A stretch of 62,432 bases of DNA, counting the filler, from an uncultured bacterium (GTDB taxonomy: Bacteria; Latescibacterota; UBA2968): assembly GCA_964471275.1 (NCBI GenBank). It is 14 parts of 14 records of this genome, joined end to end, with 100 filler letters (N's around TTAATTAATTAA, not from the genome) between each part and the next. Parts side by side here need not be neighbours in the genome. Positions count along the whole stretch, not along the records: positions 4,763 to 9,398 come from CAYYGZ010000304.1; positions 9,499 to 14,112 come from CAYYGZ010000305.1; positions 14,213 to 18,699 come from CAYYGZ010000306.1; 11 more parts are not named here. The stretch is one strand, 5' to 3'. A program made the position numbers and the translations under genes. The notes under the pieces are model-generated. The model worked only from the letters and a program-made list of their open reading frames with translations, ran no database searches and was not told the origin of the DNA. Shown here piece by piece: positions 9,048 to 18,799 of this stretch. Each line of letters starts with the position of its first letter. The first letter of the stretch is position 1.

Positions 9048-9398
9048 TTAGGGACGCATAGGGGATCCGTCAGGGGACCGTGTCTGGGTCCATTCGATTA
9101 CAGGATTTGTGCAGGAGTACTTGGCGGCGAGCTCCTCGTCTATGTCTATGCCAAGGCCAGGCTTGTCATTCGGATACAGATAGCCTTTGCGGACCTCGGG
9201 GAGACCGGGAAAGATGTCGTAACACAGATCGTTGAAGCGACACCACTCCTGGATTCCAAAGTTCGGTGCCCAGAGATCCAGATGCAGGTTTGCGGCGTGG
9301 CCCACGGGTGATGTGTCACCGGGACCATGCCAGGCCGTGCGAATGTTGTACATGTTGGCAAAGGCAGCGACGTTCCGGGCTGGCGTGATGCCGCCCAT
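9048..9398 (-). CDS. Enolase-superfamily dehydratase (RspA/ManD-like), C-terminal part, 5' truncated by the contig end
   Basis: GGITP..., TAWHGPGDTSPVG, NFGIQE, PGLGIDIDE. Confidence 0.8.
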   Translation of the reverse strand: MGGITPARNVAAFANMYNIRTAWHGPGDTSPVGHAANLHLDLWAPNFGIQEWCRFNDLCYDIFPGLPEVRKGYLYPNDKPGLGIDIDEELAAKYSCTNPVIEWTQTRSPDGSPMRP

Positions 9399-9498
9399 NN
9401 NNNNNNNNNNNNNNNNNNNNNNNNNNNNNNNNNNNNNNNNNNTTAATTAATTAANNNNNNNNNNNNNNNNNNNNNNNNNNNNNNNNNNNNNNNNNNNN

Positions 9499-10080
9499 TC
9501 GTCTTCGACCGTCCAATGCGTCGCCAGGTTCGGGAGCACCTTCCTACCGTTTGCATCCCAGCGAACCAGGCCATCATAGGCAAGGCGGTCGTCGAGAATC
9601 CCCACATCCTGTGGACCGTTCCCGAATCGGGTCCACGTACCGCCATAAGGGCCATTCTGGTGGGGCGGCACGATCACGAGGGGATTGTCGGGCAGACGAT
9701 CGGCAACAGGAGGCAGTTGGCCCCTCCTCACCTCTCGATCAAGCAGGGGAGCCTGATTGAATGTCCGACGGCGATCCGTCGGCCACTCGGTAACACGATG
9801 GACCCTGTGTGGCTGTGTGGTATCGTTCGGATGAGCGGATAGTTCTGGCGTGCTCTCGTGGGTAACTGAAGCCGGGACAGGAACATTCTGGGCACGGGCC
9901 CTGGACAGGGCCTCGGTCACGGACGCCTGAAAGCTAGTGGCCAATTCGACCTGATCCGGCGTCCTGGGCGTAGCCATCCAAGCAAGCCGGCCGAGAATGG
10001 TCACGACTAAGCCTAGAACAACCAATGTAAAGGCCAGAAGGGAGAGTGTGCGTGCAGGTCGGAAATCAGAGAGGTTCATC
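9499..10080 (-). CDS. ABC transporter substrate-binding protein (family 5), 3' truncated
   Basis: N-terminal TM; QAPLL...GQLPPVADRLPDNPLV...GPYGG motif. Confidence 0.8.
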
Positions 10081-10115
10081 GTTCGGATAACTTTGGGTGT
10101 ATCTCGATTGTAGAC

Positions 10116-10153
10116 AAATAAAAGAAGGGCGTGTCCCGAGGGACACACCCTTC
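10116..10153 (-). terminator. Rho-independent terminator after the PorV-family gene
   Basis: GAAGGGTGTGTCCC/GGGACACGCCCTTC stem followed by TTTTATTT on the minus strand. Confidence 0.75.
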
Positions 10154-10178
10154 ACAATACCTCAGATCGAGGCGTCTA

Positions 10179-11186
10179 CTAGAATCCGTATCCAACCGTG
10201 AGGCGGATCGGCTTCTCTTCGAAGTCATCAGCAGTCGACATCGACACGTCGATGTTGATCCGCTGACCGGAGACATCAGCCTTCAGACCAGCGCCAACGC
10301 TCCATGCTTCGTTCGTGTGTCCCGTCTTGTAACCGGCACGCAACGCGAGCATGTTGTTGATCCAGGCTTCACCACCGAGATAATAACGGGCTGCATAGTC
10401 GGTGAAGAAAGCCTGCTCGGCTGAAACCGTCAGGGAGAAGGGATCACCCAAGTTCCCGTAGATTTCGCCAGCGCCTGCGAGGTAGAACACCGTCGGAACA
10501 CGCGCGTCCTGTGCGACAACTGCTGCGTCGGCACCCAGGTTGCGGAGTGTCATAGAGAGACGTGTGCTCTTGTACCCTGTGAAGAATACGGTTCCGAAGT
10601 TGATGTCAACGGTCGAGAAGTCAACCAGGTCAAGATCCTCTTTGATCCAGCGAATCTGGGCACCGAACGACAGCTTGTCCGTCAACTGCTTCGCAACCGA
10701 GAATCCGAGTGCAACGTCGGAAGTACGAACTATCCGGCCAGTTCCGCCCGGATTCTGTGACGTTGTCTCCTCAAACTCTTCACTCTGGAAGAAGATCGCG
10801 CTGATACCGAACGTCGCGATGCCCGTCTTGACAGCAAAAGCACCTGTGCCAAGCGTCGACCCCACGACCCAGCTGGTGTAACCAGCCTGCGCGGCCCTCT
10901 CCGTTTCCATCTGCGTAATCCCGGCTGGGTTGTAGAAGATTGCCGAGATATCATTACCCACTGCACTGTACGAATCACCCATGCCAACGGCGCGGGCGTT
11001 TGTCGTCAGCTTCAGGAATCCAAAACCCGTCGACGACAGACGGGCATTTGTGATCATTCCGTCTTCTTCCGGGGCCGCACGACGGCGGTCTACCGGAAAC
11101 GCCCCCAGATCCTGCGCCAGGGCATCCTGAGCGCAGAGTCCGAGAATGCCGGCCATCAAGGCGCAGGCAAAGAGTTTCCTAAACAT
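10179..11186 (-). CDS. PorV/PorQ family outer-membrane beta-barrel protein
   Basis: Signal peptide; FLKLTTNARAVGMG...AIFYNPAG motif; terminal aromatic VGYGF; AAGGAG RBS 9 nt before ATG 11186. Confidence 0.85.
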   Translation of the reverse strand: MFRKLFACALMAGILGLCAQDALAQDLGAFPVDRRRAAPEEDGMITNARLSSTGFGFLKLTTNARAVGMGDSYSAVGNDISAIFYNPAGITQMETERAAQAGYTSWVVGSTLGTGAFAVKTGIATFGISAIFFQSEEFEETTSQNPGGTGRIVRTSDVALGFSVAKQLTDKLSFGAQIRWIKEDLDLVDFSTVDINFGTVFFTGYKSTRLSMTLRNLGADAAVVAQDARVPTVFYLAGAGEIYGNLGDPFSLTVSAEQAFFTDYAARYYLGGEAWINNMLALRAGYKTGHTNEAWSVGAGLKADVSGQRINIDVSMSTADDFEEKPIRLTVGYGF

Positions 11187-11300
11187 ATGTCTCATCTCCT
11201 TAAACATTCCGATTCAAAGCGTATGAACACAGTTTGTATCAACTCTGCTCTTCACGAGAAGGCCTCAGCCTTCTCGCAGCTGGGCATCAGCCCAGCCGCC

Positions 11301-13943
11301 CTACTTGATGACGACGAACGTACCGGTCTGGAACTTGCCCATCGACTCGGGCATCAGCGATGTAACCTTCCAGAAGTAGGTTCCCGGCCATACCGCCTGA
11401 CCGAAGTCAGAAGGCCGGTTCTCTGTCAACTGGATCCAGGTAACTTCACCCTTGGTCAAATCATCGTTCCACATCGTGTAGATCCACTGACCGGTTACGT
11501 CATAAAAATCGATCTGACAACGACCGGGCAGGTTGATGAATCGGATGTTCTGCTGACCCTGGTAACTGTGGTTCGGATCGTCCGGACGATACGGGTTCGG
11601 AACGACGCGGACTCGCTCTTCGAGTCGATTGAAAAGTGCGTCCGACGGAACAACGGGAACCACACCGCTACGACGACCGAGCATCGCGACACCCGTGGGA
11701 CCAGGACCACTCTCAAAGCTCGGAACAGCGCCCGTGCCCTTCCAGTCGTCGTGACCCGTGTCATACATACGGATTGTATACCAACTCGGGAAACCGGCCT
11801 TCGAGGTGGCGTCCTGATAGGTATACAGGCCGGTTACCTCGTTGCCTGCGGCGGCATCGTCACCGCCAATATCCGAGCGAGTCCGAAGCGGGATACCTTC
11901 CGGGAAAGTCGAGGTCTTCACGCTCGCAAAGACACCGCTTGGATCGTAAGTAACCCCGGTCGGAAGGTTGCCGGCCTGAGCGTCAGCGATCGTAAAGTCC
12001 GCAATCAGCTCGTAAGGACCCTCGGCCTCGGTTCCCGACTTGTAGAGCCGATAACCGACGAGGTCTTGGGCCTCGGCACCCGTGTAATCCGGATCAGCGG
12101 AATCGGCACCGACCGAAGGCCAGCGGACGACATTCTGTCCCAGAAGGATGGAGTCAAACGCACCACGGATGTTCGGTGGCTGGTTCGGGATATCATAACC
12201 CCAATCGTAGACCTGGATCGCACGCTCGAAGTGATCGAACATGATATCCTCGGCCAGCGGAATCTCAGGCTGACGTTCTGCAAACGTCGTCGGCGCGGAT
12301 CCCTTGCCCATATACAGATTCTGGTAGGCCCACAAGAAGGGCTTGGCGAACTTCGTGTGATCGGAGTACTTCGCCAGATCACCGGGGTGACCACCAGCAT
12401 ATGCGATCACGAACTTGGCCTTCTCGCCCGGGGCAAGATCCCATGGACCGAAGGTCATAAAGTTCGTGTGCATGTCGTTGATTGATGGCTCAGCACCGTG
12501 CCCGTTGAGGGTCAGCATGTCATATACAGCAGTGTCGCTGTCCTTGCCGGGATCGGGCTGTGTAAACTCGCCATGTGTTGTGAACTGCCAGATCGACGTG
12601 GACGCCGGCTGCATCGCCGACTCGTCCTGTGCCGTGGCCGCATTGTCCTTCGGAGCAACATACGTCTCGCCGTCAAGCCCGCCGTAGGTGTTGAACGGTG
12701 GGAATGCATCGACGACACCAACACCGAAATATGTCGGGTGGTTGATGAAGCCTTCGTTCATCCAGCCCTGATCGGTAATAATCCGCCGACCACCAATCTT
12801 GAAGTCAAACGGTCCGCCCCAGTCATCATGCGGCCAGGCGGCCTTCTGCTGGTCACCATCGTGATTGTAGAGCATCGCGTGACCCTGTGCAGCCAAGTCA
12901 GCACCACGTGCGCTACCGGCAGGCTTCGTTTTGTTCAGCGGAGCCACACCTTCCAGATAGTTCGGTGCCAACGTTGACCGCATCCAGTCATCGGCCGGAA
13001 GACGATCGCCACGAAGGCCGTGCCACCAGACTGCGCCCTCGTACCAACTGTCCTCAGATGCGTGGAGGAAACGGTTCTTCACGGCAACATAAACATCGGT
13101 CTGGGTCGCGGCTCCGACGTTTTCGATAACCGTTTCTTCAATCAGAAAATCATCGTAGTCCGAGTGCGCATACTGCGCCCAGCGGTTCGTCCACTGGATG
13201 TCGTTCAGCGTAGAAGACGCCTTCTGAATACCGACGATTTCTGGGAAATCATCTTCCGAAAGGCTGCTGGCCCACGCGGGCTCACCCAACTGAGCGAACT
13301 CGCCGGATGCTACGCGATCCGAAAAAGGAGTGCCATCGTTATATGCGTTCCAGTGGTAGTTCCAGATCATCGCCGGATGGCCACTCGGGACCGTGCCGGC
13401 AGAGATCTCACCCTTGGCGGGCCAGTAGTTCGTGACCACACCCGCGATCGCCGGGCCGTCTGTCCATACGATACGGGCACCACCGGTCCGCTTTTGTGCC
13501 AGTGACCAGTTTTCGTGGTGCGCCGCTCCCAGATAGGCTTCCGGGTAGGTCGACGGATCGTGATCGATCGTCGTGATATCTGGAGGCTCGATGTTCGTGC
13601 CACCGTAGGCGATCGCGACGTTTCCGCCGGTCTTGCTCATGACCCATATACCGTTACCGGCCGTATGGATCTTGTGGTTCCATCCAGAACGGACCCAACC
13701 GCCCGAATAGACTTTCAGGTTACGGGCGGAAGGGTATGAGAACCCGTGCGGCTCCTGCTTCTTGCCGTTGTCACGGTGACCGCCCCAACCCTTGTTGACG
13801 AGCGACATTGCGATCGAGCCGCGGTGCATCGTCCGATAGGTCTGGGACCACTGGGCCTGTGCCTTTGTCGCGAAACCGGCCAGAATCAGGCCGACCGCGG
13901 ACAATGCCCCAGCAATCAAAAACCATGCCTTACTCAACTTCAT
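11301..13943 (-). CDS. Large secreted protein with FN3-like region and T9SS-CTD-like C-terminal domain
   Basis: 880 aa; signal peptide ending AQA; DLVGYRLYKS; C-terminus VRVVPNPY...IRFINLP...IDFYDVTG...W...PGTYFWKV...GTFVVIK. Confidence 0.75.
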   Translation of the reverse strand: MKLSKAWFLIAGALSAVGLILAGFATKAQAQWSQTYRTMHRGSIAMSLVNKGWGGHRDNGKKQEPHGFSYPSARNLKVYSGGWVRSGWNHKIHTAGNGIWVMSKTGGNVAIAYGGTNIEPPDITTIDHDPSTYPEAYLGAAHHENWSLAQKRTGGARIVWTDGPAIAGVVTNYWPAKGEISAGTVPSGHPAMIWNYHWNAYNDGTPFSDRVASGEFAQLGEPAWASSLSEDDFPEIVGIQKASSTLNDIQWTNRWAQYAHSDYDDFLIEETVIENVGAATQTDVYVAVKNRFLHASEDSWYEGAVWWHGLRGDRLPADDWMRSTLAPNYLEGVAPLNKTKPAGSARGADLAAQGHAMLYNHDGDQQKAAWPHDDWGGPFDFKIGGRRIITDQGWMNEGFINHPTYFGVGVVDAFPPFNTYGGLDGETYVAPKDNAATAQDESAMQPASTSIWQFTTHGEFTQPDPGKDSDTAVYDMLTLNGHGAEPSINDMHTNFMTFGPWDLAPGEKAKFVIAYAGGHPGDLAKYSDHTKFAKPFLWAYQNLYMGKGSAPTTFAERQPEIPLAEDIMFDHFERAIQVYDWGYDIPNQPPNIRGAFDSILLGQNVVRWPSVGADSADPDYTGAEAQDLVGYRLYKSGTEAEGPYELIADFTIADAQAGNLPTGVTYDPSGVFASVKTSTFPEGIPLRTRSDIGGDDAAAGNEVTGLYTYQDATSKAGFPSWYTIRMYDTGHDDWKGTGAVPSFESGPGPTGVAMLGRRSGVVPVVPSDALFNRLEERVRVVPNPYRPDDPNHSYQGQQNIRFINLPGRCQIDFYDVTGQWIYTMWNDDLTKGEVTWIQLTENRPSDFGQAVWPGTYFWKVTSLMPESMGKFQTGTFVVIK

Positions 13944-14060
13944 GAGTTCAACTCCTGTTTGAGGTGAACGTTAAGTGTTATCCCCGGCGAACCTCGAAGC
14001 GTTTAACATCGGCTTCGAATAGAGACAAACTTTACGTCGTCCTTCCTCGAAGTTGTGGCC

Positions 14061-14095
14061 GGTGTCCGGGGATGAGATTGTCATCCCCGGACACC
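14061..14095. other. 15-bp perfect stem-loop upstream of the 880-aa gene (mRNA stability or attenuation hairpin)
   Basis: GGTGTCCGGGGATGA-gattg-TCATCCCCGGACACC. Confidence 0.6.
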
Positions 14096-14212
14096 CACCG
14101 AACCTCTTTGATNNNNNNNNNNNNNNNNNNNNNNNNNNNNNNNNNNNNNNNNNNNNTTAATTAATTAANNNNNNNNNNNNNNNNNNNNNNNNNNNNNNNN
14201 NNNNNNNNNNNN

Positions 14213-14722
14213 GTCTTCGCGACCCATCATTCGTTCCCACGTATCTCGCGCCGGCGGTAAGCCCAGGCTGATGTTGTCCATCTGATCGGGCGCACGGTTC
14301 CGTGCCCAGGCTCTGTATGCGTCCTCATAGCAGCCAGGCTCGTCGGAGATGACGAGCCGATCGAATCCGTAATCCGGATGCGGATCCATATGGTCTCGGT
14401 TTGCGTGCGGCAAGAAGTGGAGCTTGCCCATATTTCCGCAGACGTAGCCGTAGTTCGAGAGGTAGGTTGCCAGCGTCGGGGTGTCCGTTGGTACGGGGAT
14501 GCCGTTTCTGTATATGCCCAGCTGTGAGCAATACTGGCTTGTCAGAAAGCTGACGCGGCTTGGCATGCAGACAGGATTCTGAATGAAGTAGTGTTGGAAG
14601 TTAACGCCTTCGGCTGCCAGGCGGTCCAGGTTTGGGGTCTTGATTTCTGAGTTGTCGTTCGCGCCGAGGGCGTCCCAGCGCTGCTGGTCGGTGTAAAGGA
14701 TGAGGATGTTGGGTCTGGTCAT
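14213..14722 (-). CDS. Sulfatase (formylglycine-dependent), 3' truncated
   Basis: MTRPNILILYTDQQRWD, CMPSR (CxPxR) and GKLH motifs. Confidence 0.9.
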
Positions 14723-14814
14723 TTTGCTCTGTTGGAAAAGACTACCACGAAAGGCACGAAAAGGGGAACTCAAAGGCTTTGGAAAGGTGGGGGTGTTGGG
14801 GTGAGAGGGCAATG

Positions 14815-14843
14815 AAAAAGGCAGATGCCGAAGCATCTGCCTT
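14815..14843 (-). terminator. Rho-independent terminator after amtB
   Basis: AAGGCAGATGC-TTCG-GCATCTGCCTT followed by a T-run on the minus strand. Confidence 0.8.
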
Positions 14844-14876
14844 CTCTGTATCGGAGCACGGCCAGCTGCTGGAGTG

Positions 14877-16208
14877 CTAAATATCGTAGCCGCGTTCGTC
14901 GTGGAGCGAGATGTCCAGACCCCGCGTCTCGTCTTCCTGTGAGACACGCAATCCGACGATGGCATCGACGATCTTGAGGATGATCAGCGACAGAACGCCA
15001 CTGTAGACGAGTGTGACGACAATGCTGATCGCCTGTCCCGAGAGTTGCGCTCCCAGGCTTCCCGCTGCATAGCCTGCACCTCCGAGACCCTCAGAAGCGC
15101 AGATGCCGGTCAGGAACGCGCCTACGATGCCGCCAATACCGTGCACGCCGAAGGCATCGAGAGAGTCATCGTAACCGAACCTGTGCTTCAGGGAAGTCGC
15201 AGCCCAGAAGCAGATCACACCGGAGGCGATTCCGATGATCAGGGCACCCATCGGGCCGGCGCTGCCTGACGCCGGCGTGATAGCGACCAGTCCTGCAACG
15301 GCTCCCGTTACGGCGCCTAGGATACTCGGTTTTCCGTGTTTCTTCCACTCCACCAACATCCAGGCGAGTGTCGCTGCGGCTGTCGATATCTGCGTGACAA
15401 GCATCGCCATACCGGCGCTACCATCAGCGGCAACTGCGCTGCCTGCGTTGAAACCAAACCAGCCGACCCAGAGCATGGATGCGCCGACAACCGTGAGCGT
15501 AAGGCTATGGGGAGGCATCGGCGTCGATGGGAAGCCCTGGCGCTTGCCAATCAAGACACACGCGACAAGTGCAGCGATTCCCGCGTTGATGTGGACAACG
15601 GTTCCACCCGCGAAGTCCAGCGCCTGAAGGTGATCGCCAAAGTAGGAGCCGTCACCCGCCCAGGCCATGTGGCACACGGGGGCGTAGACAATGATCGACC
15701 AGAGCACGCTGAACAGAAGCATCGCGGAGAACTTCATACGCTCGGCAAATGCACCCGCGATAAGAGCAGGCGTGATGATTGCAAAGGTCATCTGGAACAT
15801 GACGAACACGGTCTCAGGGATCGTGCCAGACATGCTATCACGCTCTACACCACAGAGGAAGGCAATCTTCAGCCCACCGATGAACGAGTTGAGGTTCATT
15901 GTTCCGGCGGACATACCGGTCGTGTCGAATGCAATGCTGTATCCAACGGCGATCCAGACAATGGTCATCACAGCGGTCAGCGCGAAGCATTGCATCAAGA
16001 CGGACAGAACGTTCTTGACCCGGACCAGACCGCCGTAGAACAGCGCGAGTCCGGGGATGGTCATGAACAGCACCAGAGCCGTCGAGGTCAGCATCCAGGC
16101 TGTGTCTCCGGAATTGAGCTCATCAGCGAAAGCCTGGCCTGGGACAAGTGCCAGGGCAAGCAGGACAAACAGCAAAAAGCCAGCAAACTTCATGGGATTC
16201 CCTCTCAA
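14877..16208 (-). CDS. amtB: Ammonium transporter
   Basis: GLALFYGG, FQMTFA, DFAGGTVVHINAG, LWVGWFGFNAGS, DDSLDAFGVHG; downstream of glnK. Confidence 0.97.
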   Translation of the reverse strand: MRGNPMKFAGFLLFVLLALALVPGQAFADELNSGDTAWMLTSTALVLFMTIPGLALFYGGLVRVKNVLSVLMQCFALTAVMTIVWIAVGYSIAFDTTGMSAGTMNLNSFIGGLKIAFLCGVERDSMSGTIPETVFVMFQMTFAIITPALIAGAFAERMKFSAMLLFSVLWSIIVYAPVCHMAWAGDGSYFGDHLQALDFAGGTVVHINAGIAALVACVLIGKRQGFPSTPMPPHSLTLTVVGASMLWVGWFGFNAGSAVAADGSAGMAMLVTQISTAAATLAWMLVEWKKHGKPSILGAVTGAVAGLVAITPASGSAGPMGALIIGIASGVICFWAATSLKHRFGYDDSLDAFGVHGIGGIVGAFLTGICASEGLGGAGYAAGSLGAQLSGQAISIVVTLVYSGVLSLIILKIVDAIVGLRVSQEDETRGLDISLHDERGYDI

Positions 16209-16242
16209 AATGAGTTAGACGAGTGCATTGATGTCGAGCAGA

Positions 16243-16593
<351 letters not shown>

Positions 16594-17329
16594 TTAATGT
16601 GTGCTGGTTCAGGCACCAGAATGGGACTGAAACACAGCGAATAGTATTTGATACGTCGAGGAAAAACTAGGCGCTGCGAATAGGGGCTCCAAGTTAAATC
16701 CGCGTTAATTCTGCTGTGGCCTGTTCGTAAGTGACTGACAGGCTTTGACTTTAGGTGTGCTGGGGAGTAGTATATGCCTCGCTCGATCCACTCATCGGTG
16801 ATAGTGAATGAGGTTCTACATTGGTGCGATTGAGCGTAGCTCTCTCAGGTATTTGCTGACCGTGTGGGCTGCGTGGCTAGCACATAAGGACAGCCAGGGA
16901 TCCGCGTTTCAGATCATCTATTGCGCGCTTGCTCAGCAGGCGTCGGCTGGCGAATCAGCGGATTCTTCGCCCTGCTATGGCGCGCAATTGTACCCGCGCC
17001 GATATTTGGCACATAGATATCTCGACTCTTACGATCGGCGCACAACCAAGGTAATGACACGGCAGAAGTACTCGCACCTGCGATTTGATGTGTGCTCGTG
17101 TGACAGGCATCCGAGCCATACTTGAGAGGTGAGCGGCAGAACTCTTCTCTGATTCTGAGGAGATCATTTCATTCGCTTCTTCCGTTCTCCTCCACATCAC
17201 TCACGGCGGGGCTTCGTACGCGGTGGCTGAGTAGTCGGTATTGTGCGGGATTGCCGTCTCTTCCGAGCCCTCATCTGATCAGTTAGGCAAGATCAACCCG
17301 CTCACAGCAATTCTGGGTGAGAACTGTAA

Positions 17330-18699
17330 ATGACAGATCTGCATCGCAAGCTGCATCAGACCTACAGTGCACAACGTTTTGACTCCACCGACGTGTGGGC
17401 AGGCAACCTGCGCGTGGTGCTCGCTGGCCGCGACTATCCTGCATCTCTCGCCCGATGCTTCTCCGACGAGGATGCTTCTGCCGTCGTGTATGCCGAGCTC
17501 TATGTTCGCGGCATTGATTGGCGAGAGATGTCGGGGATGTTGAAGGCACGTGTCTGGTGCGATGCGAATGATCTCGGTTCGATCAATGAGCGGGGCCGCT
17601 ACCATCGGGGAAGTGGTGGCTACTACGAGATGTCCGTCAAGAGAGGCGACGATGGACGGCCGGCGCTTGTTGGGAACAACCTCTTGCTCCAGTCCGAACC
17701 CATTCTGCTCGATACGCCGGGGGTATTTCACTACAGCGTTTCGATATCGGCAGAGCCTGATTCGCCAGAGACGACACGGCAGTGGATTGCGCTTAACGAT
17801 GTCGCCCACAACCAGGATGGCCAAATCGTCGTCAGCCATCCGACGCTCAAGACCTACCGATCGATCTCAGAAGTGTGTATCCGCAAGGTCGGGGCTTCGA
17901 CGAATGTAGATGGGTTCTTGAGTGGTAAGATCACCGCCCTGACGGATCGTCTGGAAAGCATAGCGGAAGACGTGATCTATCTGCTGCCCTTCTTCAGACC
18001 GGGCCATCTCGATCTGCACACAGGTGAGGATGTTCGCAAAGGAGAGTTGGGCAGCGTGTATGCTGTGAAGGATTTCTTCGAGATCGACCCGGAAGTGGTC
18101 AGTTCTCCGGCATCAGTAGACCTGGATCACCTGGTGAGCTCAAGATGGCTTCACGATGCCGATTTCGATGACTTGCTCGATGACCGGCAGCGTAAGCGTC
18201 TGCGGACGGTTAGCGAGCTTTCTGTATTCTCCCATTGGAAAGAGCTGGAGGATTGGGTAGGTGCTGATATTCTGCTTCAAATGATTGGGCGAGCCGAAAT
18301 GCGTGCCCTGGTCCAGAAGGCGCACGGTCTCGGAAAACGGGTGATCTTCGACCTCGTTCTGATGCAAACCAGCCGCGATTGTGACCTCATTTTGCAGCAC
18401 CCGGAATGGTATGTGAGGGATGAGGACGGCCTACCCGCTATCCACAAGATCGCGTGGCTTGTCTACTCCGATGTTGCGCTCCTCGATCTGGTCTTCAACA
18501 AGCCGCTGCAGAACTACCTTTCCGGAATCGCACCCTACTGGATCCAACGGTGCGGGTTCGATGGTGTCCGGATTGATGCGAGCCAGACGATCGATCGACC
18601 GTTTCTGAAGGAAATAAAGAACCGGACCCATTGTGTGAAGAAGGATGCGATCGTACTGGGTGAGACGCTCTGTCCGTTGGAGGAGTCACAAGACATCCC
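17330..18699 (+). CDS. GH13 alpha-amylase-family glycoside hydrolase, 3' truncated
   Basis: DVIYLLP, RKGELGSVYAVKDF..IDPE, AHGLGKRVIFDLV, GFDGVRID (nucleophile), LGE (acid/base). Confidence 0.8.
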
Positions 18700-18799
18700 N
18701 NNNNNNNNNNNNNNNNNNNNNNNNNNNNNNNNNNNNNNNNNNNTTAATTAATTAANNNNNNNNNNNNNNNNNNNNNNNNNNNNNNNNNNNNNNNNNNNN

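Noticed and set aside
11187..12485. Long antisense ORFs (e.g. 390-1310, 11187-12485, 15336-16277, 26418-27359, 34491-35471, 42472-43356)
   Set aside because: Shadow frames opposite well-supported genes in GC-rich DNA, with no recognisable motifs.
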